64,000 bases of DNA from Felis catus (Eukaryota). The position numbers and the translations under genes are program-made. The notes under the pieces were generated by a model. The model did no database searches, was not told the origin of the DNA, and saw only the letters and a list, made by a program, of their open reading frames with translations. Below, piece after piece: positions 40,200 through 53,297 of this stretch (position 1 is the first letter of the stretch; every line of letters starts with the position of its first letter). The DNA lies in NCBI RefSeq assembly GCF_018350175.1, contig NC_058368.1:44084001-44148000 (forward strand), read 5' to 3'.

Positions 40200-41020
40200 A
40201 TGAACCCAAACTAACAAGTCTTTTAAGGCCTCTTGGCTCTTTTGTGTGGGGCCCAGGGTCCCACTACTCTACTTTTGCCATTGGCATTGTAGGTCTCAGC
40301 TACATCCCAGTTTGTTGATTGGAACCTATGACACAAAAACACTGCTCTGGGCCAGAGGCACACATTTGACTTGTGAACTTGTAAGCTTATGGATCTGTAA
40401 GCTTCCAGTGTCAGCTGAAAGGATACACCCCTTGAGAGGTGATTATTGAGCAATTATCTGGCCTTGGTCGATACTGAGCACATGACACATGGCAGTAAAC
40501 TACTCTTATGACCAGAAATCCCAATCATGCTGTCCAACCAGAAGTCTAAAGTTGCTATATAGGGTCAGCTCAAAATCCCCTCAAGTGCAGTGAAAATGGT
40601 ACAAACTAGAGCAAGTAAATCCCAGGCCAGCTGAGGTTTGGAAACCCCATGAAAAGGTCTCAGTAGTGTTCCTCCAGCCCCCACACATATCAAGGAAGGA
40701 GCCACTGTCTCCACTGGCCCAATAAAGATGCACATATGGAGCAGCGCCTGGGTAGCTTAGTTGGTTGAGCATCTGACTTTGGCTCAGGTCATGATCTCAT
40801 GGTTCATGGGTTTGAGCCCCATGTCGGGCTCTGTGCTGACAACTCAGAGCCTGGACCCTGCTTTGGATTCTGTGTCTCCCTCTCTCTCTGCCCATACCCT
40901 GCTCATAATTTGTCTCTCGCTGTCTCAAAAGTAAATAAATATTGAAAAACAAATTTTTTAAGATGTACCTATGCAGACCTCCTGGACCACACTTAGGCCT
41001 GATTCATTGATGGTTCCTCC
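40200..41020 (+). mobile_element. Decayed class III (ERV-L-like) pol tether and RNase H start
   Basis: PLAL*VSATSQFVDWNL*, LWICKLPVSAER, ER*LLSNYLALVDTEHMTHG...PEIPIM, *KWYKLEQVNPRPAEVWKPHEKV and A*FIDGSS (40997-41020). These resemble ERV-L FERQLLACYWALVETE / WKWYI / AWFTDGS. Confidence 0.8.
40741..40959 (+). mobile_element. CanSINE inserted in the ERV remnant
   Basis: TSD aagatgcacatatg / aagatgtacctatg. Confidence 0.93.
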
Positions 41021-41622
41021 AGGGTAACTTTCACTAGGATGGAATCAATCCATCCAACTCAAAACAAAACTGTCCCTTACCAAGGGCAGGCTACTCTTCT
41101 CACTTCAATAGTGGAAAATTCCAATTATGGCCACTTCTTTTTTACTTCTTTTATCTGACAGTCTTTTATTATAAATAATGCCATAAAGCCCACAGTCCTT
41201 TATCAGAATTTTGCCAATATTTCCTAATCTACTTACTTCTATGTAATCAAATCCCCAGTATCAAATAGAATACTCTTATCAAGTAGAAAAATAAGCTTCT
41301 GAATAAATCACCTACAATGTGAAGCAAATATATATGTTCTTTATCCCATTTTCCCATTGAATCCTATGGGAAAGGAAATTTCTGCCAAACTTTCTACCAT
41401 TTTGTGCTGGTAAAAAATGTTTAATATTTCTCAACTCTAGCCACAGAACTCACAAATGAAAGCATGATGTTTAAAGAGCCAAATTTATGTATTAGTCAGC
41501 TTAAATCTGTCATAGATCATTTCTCAGAAATTGCATGACATCTTTTTACCCAGAACTTAGATTTTTTTGTTCAGTTTGTAATAAGCCCACCATTTCAAAG
41601 ACAATATTAAAAAAGAAAAGAT

Positions 41623-41890
41623 GGGGTGCCTGGGTGGCTCAGTCAGTTGAACATCCGGCTCTTGACTTCGACTTAGGTTGTGACCTCATGGTTCGTGGGT
41701 TCAAGCCCCACTTCAGGTTCTGTGCTGGCAGTGTGGAGCCTGCTTGGGATTCTCTCTCTCTCTCTTTCTGCCCCTCCTCTGCTCACAAGATCTGTCTCTC
41801 TTTCAAAATAAGCAAACTTTAAAAAAAAAAAGAAAAGAAGGAAAGGAAAGGAAAGGAAAGGAAAGGAAAGGAAAGGAAAGGAAAGGAAAA
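41623..41890 (+). mobile_element. CanSINE with (GAAAG)n tail
   Basis: Head, (CT)n and a pentanucleotide tail at 41839-41887. Confidence 0.92.
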
Positions 41891-42358
41891 AAAAGAAAAA
41901 TACATGAGATGTGTGCAGAATATGCCATTTTAACTATTTTTCACCAATGTTTGGGTTACACAGTCAAGTTAGCTGACACAACACAAATCATGTTCTTTAA
42001 TTTATCTTTTACTATATATGAAATGTGTTGTTGAATATTGGTGTTTTTTTGCTTATTAATGCACATGACATTTTGTGGGTTTCTGTTTGGATATCAGTTC
42101 TTTCCAGGTGCTCTCCATTGTGAGAAGAGCAGAGGGAGCCTGGAGTCTCTACCCACCTTGTGTAGCCTCAAGCCCAAGAGCCAATGGGTGTCACCAAAGC
42201 ATCAGCACATGGGGACCAAGGTACAGTATACAGAGATCAAGACTCCTCATAGACCAACCATGTATGTCCTCAGTATGTGTGAACTGTGTGGCCTGCAGTG
42301 TTTGAAACACTGTAGGAAGTATTACTGACTATTCTCAGTTTAACTATAAAAAGGTGTG

Positions 42359-42576
42359 TTTTTTTTTTAATTTTTACTTATTTTGAGAGAGAGAGAGAGA
42401 GAGTGCAAGGTGGGGAGGGGCAGAGAGAAAGCAGGGAAGAGACAGAGGGACAGAGGATCTGAAGCTGGCTCTGAGCTGATAGCAGAGAGCCTGATGCAGG
42501 GCTTGAACCCATGAACTCTGAGATCATGATCAGAGCTGAAGTTCAAGCTTAACTGGCTAAGCCACCCAGGTGCCCC
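42359..42576 (-). mobile_element. CanSINE
   Basis: Reverse-complement SINE. Confidence 0.92.
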
Positions 42577-42859
42577 TACAAAAAAAGTTTAAATTTAGGG
42601 TCCAAAAATGCTGCCTAGAAATTCAAAGAAATACAAAAGGCAGGAATACGATCATGAACTGAGACTGTCTTGTTATCTGAAGTCAGAAGTTTTCTTAGGG
42701 AGCCTAGACTTACAACACATCTTTATTTCTCAAGTGATTGTAGAGCCCTGGGAGATGAAAAATTTGCAGTTAGACACGACAAAGCTCTCATGTCTCTTTC
42801 ACCTTAACCCCTATGCCTATTTCTCACTCCACTTGATCCAGACTAATAATCTCTCTTCC

Positions 42860-43245
42860 TCTGACAACATAGTTATGGTCAGGTCTGAGGGCCTGGTATT
42901 CTCTTTGTCTGGAATGGTCTTTCCTAGATACTAACATGAAACCCCTGAACTTTTTACAGAAGTTTTCTCAGATGTCACCTATGCAAGGTTTATTGAGCAA
43001 CCAGCATGATTGATCGCTTTTATCCTGCTCTATTTTGTCTACTTTCTCCATCTTAGCATTTGTAACCTTCTAAAATACTTTATAATTTATTTTATTACAG
43101 ATTATAGTAAGTTGTTAAAGTATTTGCTCTTTAAGAGTAGTGGTTTTTGTATTATTTTGTTCTTGTTAATTACTGGAGTATTAAAAGTACATGGAGTGGT
43201 ATCTGGCCATTTAATAGGCACTCAATGAATAAATAGAATGAATGT
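42860..43245 (+). mobile_element. L2 3' end
   Basis: ctctttgtctggaatggtctttcctagata, cagatgtcacct, taataggcactcaatgaataaatagaatgaatg (L2 tail). Confidence 0.7.
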
Positions 43246-43312
43246 GACATGGAGAAACTTACTTTCAATTTCTGCCCTTATGTAAAGTATTTTGTAAGTT
43301 TATGGATTCTCT

Positions 43313-43314
<2 letters not shown>

Positions 43315-43357
<43 letters not shown>

Positions 43358-43497
43358 GTAGAGGAAGAGGGAGACAGGGAATCCCAAACAGGCTCTGCAC
43401 TATTAGCACAGACACATCAAACACAGGAACTGTGAGATCATCACCTGAGCTGAAACCAAGAGTTGGATGCTTAACCAACTGAGCCACTCAGGCACCC
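43315..43497 (-). mobile_element. CanSINE with (GA)n
   Basis: Reverse-complement SINE. Confidence 0.88.
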
Positions 43498-43696
43498 AAC
43501 CTTTAATATAAAGTACTCATTCAACTTATTAAAGAATGTTTTGGGCTAAGCTATCATGTGAAATGGCAAACTGCATTATTACAGTAGTCTCAAATTAGGA
43601 TCTTCTTTATCTAGAGTCATAGAGGAAGCAGAATAGACTTTAATTTATGGGTTTGTTTGTTAATAAGCAATGGATGGCACCCTTGCAGATGCAAGT

Positions 43697-43734
<38 letters not shown>
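43697..43734. repeat. (CA)n microsatellite
   Basis: Directly visible. Confidence 0.95.
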
Positions 43735-43739
<5 letters not shown>

Positions 43740-44221
43740 CATCTGATTCTACGTTGTTTCTGGATGGTTCAGTCTATGAGCCATGATCGAATTTAGAATT
43801 AAAGACTCAGGTTACACATTAAAATACATAAGGGGGATGACTTTGATCTGTGGTGAACTGGACACATAGCTCACATATGGACCAAAATCAAGGAAAGTAC
43901 CAAATACTTTGTCCAGCACAGAGAAGAGGATGTTTTTGAAGGCAGTGAAATGAAGGAAAAATGTAGGAAAATGGCTCAAGATGAATTCAGAAATTTAGAA
44001 TTGAGGGAGAACTATTTTAAAATGTGAGAGACTGTCATTTTATGCCTAAGGAGAAAGAGTCATTACAGAAATTGAAGACAAAGATTCAAGGGAGAGATCA
44101 AATAAATGATGACAAAAATTCCTTAAAAATTTTGAGAAAATGAGATATGGACTGCAGGTAGGAGTATAAACTTCCATCGTATATTCCTTAGGGGGTGGGA
44201 AATGAAGGGAAAAAGTTAGTG

Positions 44222-44551
44222 TGGGCCTTAGTTCATTCAGGCTGCTATAACAAATTACCAGAAATTGGGTGGCTTAACCAACAGAAGTTTATTTCTCATT
44301 GTTCTGGGGGCTGGGAGGTCCAGTAATCAGGTGCTGACAGATTCTGTCTGTAGCCGGGGTGCTTCCTGATTCACAGACAGCTGTCTTCTGTGTCTTTACA
44401 TGTCTCTTTCCTAAGGGCACTAATGCCATTAACAAGGACTCCTCTCTCAAGATGTAATCACCTCTTAAGACCCTGCCTCCTAACACAAGGCTCACATTGA
44501 GCATTAGGTTTTAACATATGAATGGGGTAGGGCACATTCGGTCTGTACCAG
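44222..44551 (-). mobile_element. MaLR LTR (MLT1-like)
   Basis: ttagttcattcaggctgctataacaaattacca...tgggtggcttaa...tttatttctca...ttctggggggctggga...aacatatgaat. Confidence 0.88.
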
Positions 44552-45020
44552 CGTGTGTGGGCGTGTCTTGCTGTACATCAACGTACAGGAAGTTGAGAGA
44601 TTAGCTGCCTGGACCACTCAGATAGGAAATTTCCTGAGTACACATTGTCGTTGGTGGTGGTGGTAGTGTGTGTGTGGTGTTGTAGGTGGTCTGTGAAGAT
44701 TGTGAGAACAGATATGATTGGCCTAATAAACTTGAGAAGAATGCAAAAGTTTGGAAACATTTCACTGGGAGTAGAGAGAATGAGGATTACTAACACACAA
44801 TAAAATGTGCCTTTGTGATGTATTAGTGATATTGCTCTGATTAAAACAGATATGAAGACATAGTTTCTATGCTCTTAAATAAAATCCAACTTTATCGAAC
44901 AGCACATTAGGCTTACCATCAAAATATTGACAATTTTTACAACTACTAAAATGCTTCCTTGGTGATATAAAGGAGATCTCAATGACTAATTCAATGAGTT
45001 AATCAAAAAGATATTCAAGA

Positions 45021-45185
45021 GGGGCACCTCTTGATTTTGGCTCAGTTCATGATCCCAGGGTTGTGGGGTCCAGCCCCAAGTTGGGCTCTACCCTGAGCCT
45101 GAAGCCTGCTTGGGATTCTCTTTCTCTCCCCCTCCCTTCCTCCCTCTGCCCCTCTCCCTCACTTGTGCACTCTCTCAAAAAAAAA
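45021..45185 (+). mobile_element. CanSINE with internal deletion, followed by (TA)n to ~45250
   Basis: ggggcacc joined directly to tcttgattttggctcag. Confidence 0.85.
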
Positions 45186-45186
45186 C

Positions 45187-45243
<57 letters not shown>

Positions 45244-45358
45244 CACACATATATTCATGGAACTACAATGTTCAACTTTTCTCAACACAGGACCTATTCA
45301 CAAAGCACCTTTGGTTTAAATTTCAAAATCACTCAAGAGTTAGAAAATCCTTGTTTCT

Positions 45359-45584
45359 TTTTTTTTTTAAATTTTTTTTTTCAACGTTTATTTATTTTTG
45401 GGACAGAGAGAGACAGAGCATGAACGGGGGAGGGGCAGAGAGAGAGGGAGACACAGAATCTGAAACAGGCTCCAGGCTCTGAGCCATCAGCCCAGAGCCT
45501 GACGCGGGGCTCGAACTCACGGGCCGCGAGATCGTGACCTGGCTGAAGTCGGATGCTTAACCGACTGCGCCACCCAGGCGCCCC
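45359..45584 (-). mobile_element. Young feline SINE
   Basis: CpG-rich; perfect TSD aatccttgtttct. Confidence 0.97.
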
Positions 45585-45723
45585 AATCCTTGTTTCTATG
45601 TTATAAGTAGTTTTATAAAATTTCTGGGGCTTACAGATGAGCTTGGTAATGAATTTGACTAAAAATGCATTTTAAACTATCTCTCTCTCAAAATAAATAA
45701 ACATTTAAAAGAAACTTAAAACT

Positions 45724-45915
45724 GGGGTGCCTGGGTGGCTCAGTGGATTAAGCATCTGACCCTTGATTTCAGCTTGGGTAATGATCTCACCCTTCCTGAG
45801 TTCACAAAGCCCCACTTAGGGCTGTGTGCTGACCAAGAGGAACCTGCTTGGAATTCTCTCTCTTTTATTCTTTCTGCCCCTCCCCCCGCTCAAAATAAAT
45901 AAACCTTAAAAAATT
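45724..45915 (+). mobile_element. CanSINE
   Basis: Head and tail present. Confidence 0.9.
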
Positions 45916-45932
45916 TAAGAATAAGGGCTCCT

Positions 45933-46100
45933 GGGGTGCCTGGGTGGCTCAGATGGTTAGGCATCCAAGTTTGGCTTAGGTCATGATCTTGTGGTTCAGG
46001 AGTTCAAACTCTGCATCAGGCTCTGTGCTGACAGCTCGGAGCCCGGAGCCTACTCTGGATCCTGTGTCTCCCTGTCTCTCTGCCCCTCCCTGGCTCATAA

Positions 46101-46138
<38 letters not shown>

Positions 46139-46200
46139 AATAAATAAAAACATTAAAAATTTTTAAATAAATTAAAATAAATTAAGATAAGTAAATAAAT
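45933..46200 (+). mobile_element. CanSINE
   Basis: Head, (CT)n and A-rich tail. Confidence 0.92.
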
Positions 46201-46220
46201 ATATAAGTAAAAATAAAAAT

Positions 46221-46405
46221 GGGGCACCTGAGTGGCTCAGTTGGTTAAGCGTCCGACTTCACCTCAAGTCATGACCACACGGCTCGTGAGTTTGAGCCCT
46301 GCATCAGGCTCTGTGCTGTCAGCGCAGGGTCCACTCTGGACCCTCCATCTCCCTCTCTCTGCCCCTCCCCCACTAGCTCTCTGTCTCTCTGAAAAATAAA
46401 AAAAG
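46221..46405 (+). mobile_element. CanSINE
   Basis: Head and tail present. Confidence 0.92.
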
Positions 46406-46821
46406 GAATAACATATATATTTAAAAAATCAATTTAGAAGGTAAAGCAGTGAAAATAATGATTTTAAATTTTACATATGGTTTATATAACTTCTCACAAG
46501 CTCAAATAATCTATGATGAATTATAAAGCATTGCCTGCATTGTGAATTCTATAAAACACAAAGAATAATCTTGTTCACAGTAATGTTCTCATTAAATTGT
46601 AGTGGCCTAATAAACAAAGGTAGTAAAAAGGGATGCTCTCACATTCCCCTGCTACATGTCTCCACATTATGCAGTGCTTGGCAAAGAATTGATTACTTAA
46701 GAAAAATATGGAGCCAGTCACAGTGAAGATTTTGCTTTCTCTTCTGAGATTTTAATATACGTTTAAAGTGAAAGGTGTATATAGCTCGTAACAGAGGAAC
46801 ATCAAAAATAAGAAATCATTT

Positions 46822-47057
46822 ATTTCTTTTTTACTTTCTTATTTAAAAAAATTAAGTCTATTTATTTATTTTGAGAGAGAGAGAGCGAGAGAGAGAGAGT
46901 GGGAGCAGGGGAGGGGCATAGAGAGAGAATCCCAAACAGGCTCCACATTGTCAGTGCAGAGCCAGATGCAGGGCTCAAACTCACGAACCGTGACATCATG
47001 ACCTGAGCCAAAAATCAAGAGTCAGAAGCTTAACCGACTGAGTCACCCAGGCGTCCC
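46822..47057 (-). mobile_element. CanSINE
   Basis: TSD agaaatcattt. Confidence 0.93.
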
Positions 47058-48259
47058 AGAAATCATTTTTTAAATTAACCTATTTTGCCTAGTACTAGCA
47101 CCCATTCAGCTTTCATCCTATGAACGTTCTCCTTTAAGGTAACTATCTATCTTAAACATGGTTTTCATTTTCCATGGCAAAACTGACTTGATAACATTGT
47201 CAAAACTGTTTTAGTTTTAAGCTTGATACAAAGACAGTGAATCACTATATGCAGACATTATTCTTACTTAAAACTAATAACAATATTAGTAAGGCTGTTT
47301 CTCCTATCTAGATTTTTTAAAAATTATCTTTGTACTTAAATTTTTTGTTTATCTTATTTGCTATAGTTTGGCAATGAATTTCAGGACAAATACAAATAGA
47401 CTGAAATTCACCATTAATGAGAAGATAGGAAAACTTTACTTCTACAAAATAACATTCAAAATAATGACGTGACTCCCTAAAATTCATGTCCATGTCTCAG
47501 AAGGAAAATGAAATGTGTTCTCTAAGAGGCTAGATGATATCCAACATACCGGCAGCAATAATATTGGAAGTAAACCACAGGTGTTACATAAAAAGATAAA
47601 AATAATTATTGCAGTATCCTCCCATACGTGTATCCTCTTCAGAATGTCAACCTTGAATTGTGTCTCCATGAATAACATTTCCAAAGAGCTAGAGGCCAAT
47701 TCTGGTTGAATGTTTTGCTATTATTGATAATTAACAGCTACTGAGTGTTTAGGATGCAATTAGGTGTTGTAATAAACACCAGCTAATCTGATAGCTATCT
47801 AGTCTAAAGAGATTATATAAGTAGATTAAGTTTCGATTGAATACTGAAGGACTGGATGGTAGCAAATTAAGTATGGAAGAAAGAGTCCCTTGACTTATTT
47901 TCAACACAAACAAACCTACACAGAAATGGAAGCCATTTATTTATTCCATAAATATTTAATTGACTTCCCACTGTATGCCAGTCAGTGACCTAAGCCCTGA
48001 GGACTACGCACTTAAGGAAACATTAGTTCTCTTTGCTTACTGAGTTTACATCCTAGTAAAAGACATACGTAAATTAATTACTCCCACATGGATCAGGGAG
48101 ACGAGGAATAAATGCTTGAGATAATAAACAAGAGATTTAAAGGTATGAGAACTTCTGAGGACTTACTAGAACACAGCCACCATTCCATTAATGTACTGTT
48201 TACCCCAAGACCCCTGAGGGAGATTGTTTTTTCATTGTTTAAAGTGTCATTATGTTTTT

Positions 48260-48477
48260 TTTAATTAAAAAAAATTTTTTTTAATTTATTTATTTTGAGA
48301 GAGAGAGACAGAGAGTGTGAGCGGAGGAAGGACAGAGAGAGACACACAGAATCTGAAGCAGGCTCCAAGTTCTGAGCTGTCAGCACAGAGCACAACGCGG
48401 GACTTGAACCACGAATCGCGAGATCATGACCTGAGCTGAAGTCTGACACTTAACCGACTGAGCCACTTAAGTGTCTC
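48260..48477 (-). mobile_element. CanSINE
   Basis: Approximate TSD aaagtgtcattat / aaagtgccatcat. Confidence 0.92.
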
Positions 48478-49128
48478 AAAGTGCCATCATTTTTATTTTC
48501 TTAAATCAACAGAAATTTCATAGAATCCATAGGAATATGGAAGAACTGAGCTCAGAAAAATGTCAGAAGTCAGGGGAGTCTGGACAGTGAGCATCAGAGC
48601 CCAGCTCACACAGAGGCAGTCCCCTAGGGCACTGCCATTAACTCCACTGACAATAGACTCTCAGCACCACCCCTGTGATCAATAATTGCATCACTGTTAC
48701 TGTATTGTATTCACTTGAGATCCAAAGTTGTATGTTAAAGCATCTGATTGAGAAAGCCTAGTTTCTGGGCCAGGTTCTAATTCTTAGCAGGAAGAATACA
48801 AACGTCTGGGTCCTTTCTACTTCCACATTGCATTACTGTTTTATGGGACAGTACCTCGCACTCAGATTCATATAGTAGGGTACTGTATGAATAAATAAAA
48901 GGCTTTCTGAAAGCTTGGATTTAAAACAACAAATGAACAAACTGACAACCTACTTTTTTATAGCCTCTAAAGTTAGCTGTATGCCCATAGTATTCTGTGA
49001 GACTGAGAAAAGGTGCTCCAAAAATGTAACTGGCTTATTAATTTAACTAGTAAATGAATATTTGAATAAATAATTATAAATAATTTAATTTTATATGCAA
49101 ATTCTCAATTTTAAATACAAAGTTTTAT

Positions 49129-49572
49129 GGGCACCTGGGTGGCTCAATCAGTTGAGCCTCTGACTTCAGCTCAGGTCATGATCTCATAGTCTGAATTTTT
49201 TTTTTTTTTCAACGTTTATTTGTTTTTTTTGGGACAGAGAGAGACAGAGCATGAACGGGGGAGGGGCAGAGAGAGAGGGAGACACAAAATCGGAAACAGG
49301 CTCCAGGCTCTGAGCCATCAGCCCAGAGCCTGACGCGGGACTCGAACTCACGGACCGCGAGATCGTGACCTGGCTGAAGTCGGACGCTCAACCGACTGCG
49401 CCACCCAGGCGCCCCTCTCATAGTCTGAATTTGAGCCCCGTGTTGACTCTGTGCTGACAGCTCGGAGCCTGGAGCCTGTTTCTGATTCTGTCTCCCTCTC
49501 TCTGCCCCTCCGCCATTCACACTCTGTGTCTCTGTCTCTCAAAAAATAAAACATTAAAAAAAATTTAAACAT
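49129..49572 (+). mobile_element. CanSINE split by a nested young SINE
   Basis: Outer TSD aatacaaagtttta; the two halves rejoin once the insert is removed. Confidence 0.93.
49199..49415 (-). mobile_element. Young feline SINE nested in antisense orientation
   Basis: Perfect 17-bp TSD tctcatagtctgaattt (49182-49198, 49416-49432). Confidence 0.97.
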
Positions 49573-52197
49573 GAATACAAAGTTTTAGTTTTAAACCTAA
49601 TCTAGTATGATTTTTACCTTCCTTGTATTAAGAAGTAGCTACTAGCATCCTGCATTTGTTGAATGATAAAGATATTTCTAGGTTGACTGAACAGTAACAT
49701 TTTAAGACATGTTATTAGGATATGCCACAAAAACATAAATGAAAAAAATGTCATCAATCATGAGATTTTGTCTTTCAGAGTGTATCTTTTGAAAAGGAAG
49801 AATTTTTAATTATATTATTAGTTATTAATTAAATCATATGCCTCACGGATTACAAAGAGATCATCATTTTTGCCTATGAGTTTAATGACCAGAAATGTTA
49901 TAGTACTTTAGGAGTGAGAAACTAAAAGAGACCTCAGAATGACAATCACATTTTGAAATTAGATGGCATAGGAGGATTAAGTGGACAGAGATAGTAGCTA
50001 TAAATATAAAAGAAATCCGGGATCTGCAAGGATTTAATCAGATCTAGAGTAACTTCCTTGCTGTTACTAATATATCCTCATTATTTGGGCTGCAACAAAA
50101 ATGAAATGTAATGCTCCTTAGCTGCAGAACTAGACAGCGAAGCAAAAACATAATGACCAAAAAACCCTCGATGGTAGTGTGGAAAGAATGGTAGAAAAGA
50201 GCAACATGAGTTTAAATACTCATTAATACTATGAAATAAAGATGAGTGGCATTTTCAAAATTCTAATAGAACTGTGCCTAATTCTAGAGTCTTTCACACA
50301 GAATCAAATGACTAGCAGTCATTAGTGCCAACCAGTTATGTTAACATTGGATATCATGCAAATTCCCGCCAAAATTTTGACTAATGGGAAAGGAAATTTT
50401 ATTGCAGAATGTTAACAGCAGCCGCAAATCTCTACTTTTTAACTTGGAATATATCTTGGTAAATTAACTCTTTATAACATAAAATGTGCTCTGAAATCCA
50501 GAGATATAACATTGTATTTATAGTTTAATAGAGTTTTATAAAGGAAGTTATTTTTCTGAAAAGTAAGGATTTAAAATAGATATTTGAAAAGATAGCAACA
50601 GATAGCAACAATAGATACAGATCCAGCATACACATTAGGGAATTAGTGATATTGCAGTAACAAATCACATGATGTAACAGTATTATACCGATAATTATTG
50701 AAATAACCTTTACAAATATACCATTTACTGGGAATATAAAATATTAAATAAGGTCCAAAATGTCTAAAAAAAACCAGACTAACTTGATTTAGACACAAAT
50801 TTTACCATTTGGATATTCTATATACCGAGAGATATTGTGGAACCCTGCATATATTAATATCTGCAAATACTCTGGCACAACAGTACTCAAGTTACAGTAC
50901 ACAGACTCATTTCACTTCCTAAGCTGTTTATGTCTGTCCATGAGTTAGCATAGAAATTGATGCCAAACACTGAGAAAATTTTATAAGCAATTTGTCAGAG
51001 TAATTTTATGTCTGTTGAAGCTGATGATAAAATGTTGATCTTTATTCCATGTATGTATTTTAATATGTTTTCCAAATAATTAATTTGTGTTGTATTCTCA
51101 AAAAGCATCAACTCCCAGCAGAGTAGAAATCAGAAACAAAACCAGAGAATGAGAAGCACTATTTCACAGTTGTTGACACTACATATTGGACTCATCCAAT
51201 TCTGAGAGGTCAGGTATAGAGTCCTCTTAACACATGCCCCAAATTGTTTAGTTCTACCCTTTACTTTTTGTGAGTGCTCAGTGTAGTTGCAAAGAACTCA
51301 CAGTCTGCCCTCACACAGACCTGGATGTGAAATTGCATTCAGCCATATATTAGACTTTCTTATATTTTAATGTATTGACCATGGTCTTAAAGCTGAGGGT
51401 GGTAGGGAGGACATGTAGGAGAAGACACATGACTACAGGACTAATAAGGAGAAAATAAAAAATTACTAGTTGATCAATTGTCCCAAAAGTTGGTGGAATA
51501 CAAGCCTAGAGATAAAATGAAAACAAACAAACAAACAAACAAACAAACAGATTGGCTGAAGGAATTCTTAGAGTAGAGATCACTGGGGTATTTTTCCATT
51601 CCCCAGGAAGGAAAAAGGATGATCCCACATAACAAGTATATATGCACAGGCGGCAAAGAAAATGGAATATTCACACTATTCCTCTAGTCCACAATGGGAT
51701 GAGGAGTTTGTACCAGAATATAAAGGAACTGCATCATCATGTCTGCTGTTTAATTCAGCTGACCTTTTATTTTCCACCACAAAATATTTCCAAGCAGTGC
51801 AGAGATTTATAGTTTGTTACAAGTACCTCATTTCATGAAACTGTAGCAAACAAGTTGACTGGTTAGTTTAAGTAGATCCTTTAAATAGATTAGATCCCAA
51901 GGCGGAAGCAAATACTAGCACTTTCTGCACAGCTGGATGCTGTCCCAGTGCTGCAATAGGAACAGAGCACAAAGGAGTTCTGGGGAGAACCTTGACATGT
52001 GCCCCATGGAGACCCAGGATCACAGAACACAGTGGCAAATTTATCTAGAGAAATCTGAAGGGGGGATAATGTCCTTATGGCTAGGTAAAAAGAGAAGAGC
52101 AATGGAAAGCTTAAAAGTAACAGGGCTTACATTTTTCTGAAAGAACCTACACAAGAATGTTCTTCCCTTCCAGAGATGCATCACTGAGGAAGGGCCT

Positions 52198-52903
52198 TGT
52201 CAAAAATTGTAAAAGGGCTGGCGTTTTACTCTGCTTACAAACCAACAAGTTAGCCTGCCACAGTTCTCATAGGCAGATAAAAGAGATTCCTGCGTCAGCA
52301 ATAAAGGGATTTATTCATCATAGGAAGCAATGTGACAGAAGGAAATTAATGTTCACATCAGTGTCTTTGCCCCTAGCTCCCTACGGGCACAATGTAGAAG
52401 CAGGACCAAGTATATGGAGGACACAATGGAGGGTCTATGTCACAGCTGAGGAACCCCAAGTTTAAGAAAATCCAATATTTATTTTTTTAATGTTTATTGA
52501 TTTTTAAGAGAGAGAAAGACAGAGGGTGAGTGGGGGAGGGGCAGAGAGAGAGGGAAACACAGAGTCTGAAGCAGGCTCAAGGCTCTGAGCCGTCAGCACA
52601 GAACCCGACGCCGTGATTGACCTGCGAGACCATGACCCTAGCCAAAGTCAGACACTTCACCAACTGAGCCACCCACGTGCCCCTGAAAGTCCAATATTTT
52701 AAAGGAGGCTGCGAGCAAACTTGACTGAACTTTGCCTTAAAGGGAGACATTACCTTTATTATCCTAGATAATCTTCCCTTTGACCTAGAGAGAAACATGA
52801 TACCTTAGAAGCTGTTTGCTAAGCAAACATTCTTGAAAAGATGGTTCAGAACAAAACATGATACAAGATGTACAGAAACACCTTGGAGAATTGCTCTCCA
52901 ACA
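52198..52903 (-). mobile_element. Solo ERV-L class LTR (LTR40-like)
   Basis: Minus strand starts TGTTGGAGAGCAATTCTCCAAGG and ends ...TTTTTGACA; degenerate 5-bp flanks ggcct/gatct. Confidence 0.8.
52481..52683 (-). mobile_element. CanSINE inside the LTR
   Basis: TSD aaaatccaatattt / aaagtccaatattt. Confidence 0.93.
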
Positions 52904-53297
52904 GATCTTAGAAAGCTGTAAGATCTTTAATGTGGCTAGTGACAGTTATTGTACCTTGTGTCATGAGTGATAAGGGAGATCTATAAATAAATGTAAACTT
53001 CTAATACAGGTTTGCTTCATCAGTTCAATATTTTCAATGTTTCTTGTTACCCATTTCCTGCCCTAAGATCACAGGAGACAGAGGGAATAGAGCAAGAGAT
53101 AGAGCTGAAACAAGGACAATAGCAAAGCAATGTACTCCGCCCGCCCCCCCCCCCCCCCCCACACACACTCTACCACACACACACACACATGCACACAGAC
53201 CGCTGGTCTTTGGAATGAAGTAGTCAGATATACTTAAGGTGAAGAGAACGTGCAGGAAGATTCAAACAGTATCAGGAATTAAATATTGATACTTTTT

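Noticed and set aside
48530..48870. Possible old MLT1 LTR fragment
   Set aside because: Only faint motif similarity; boundaries cannot be supported.
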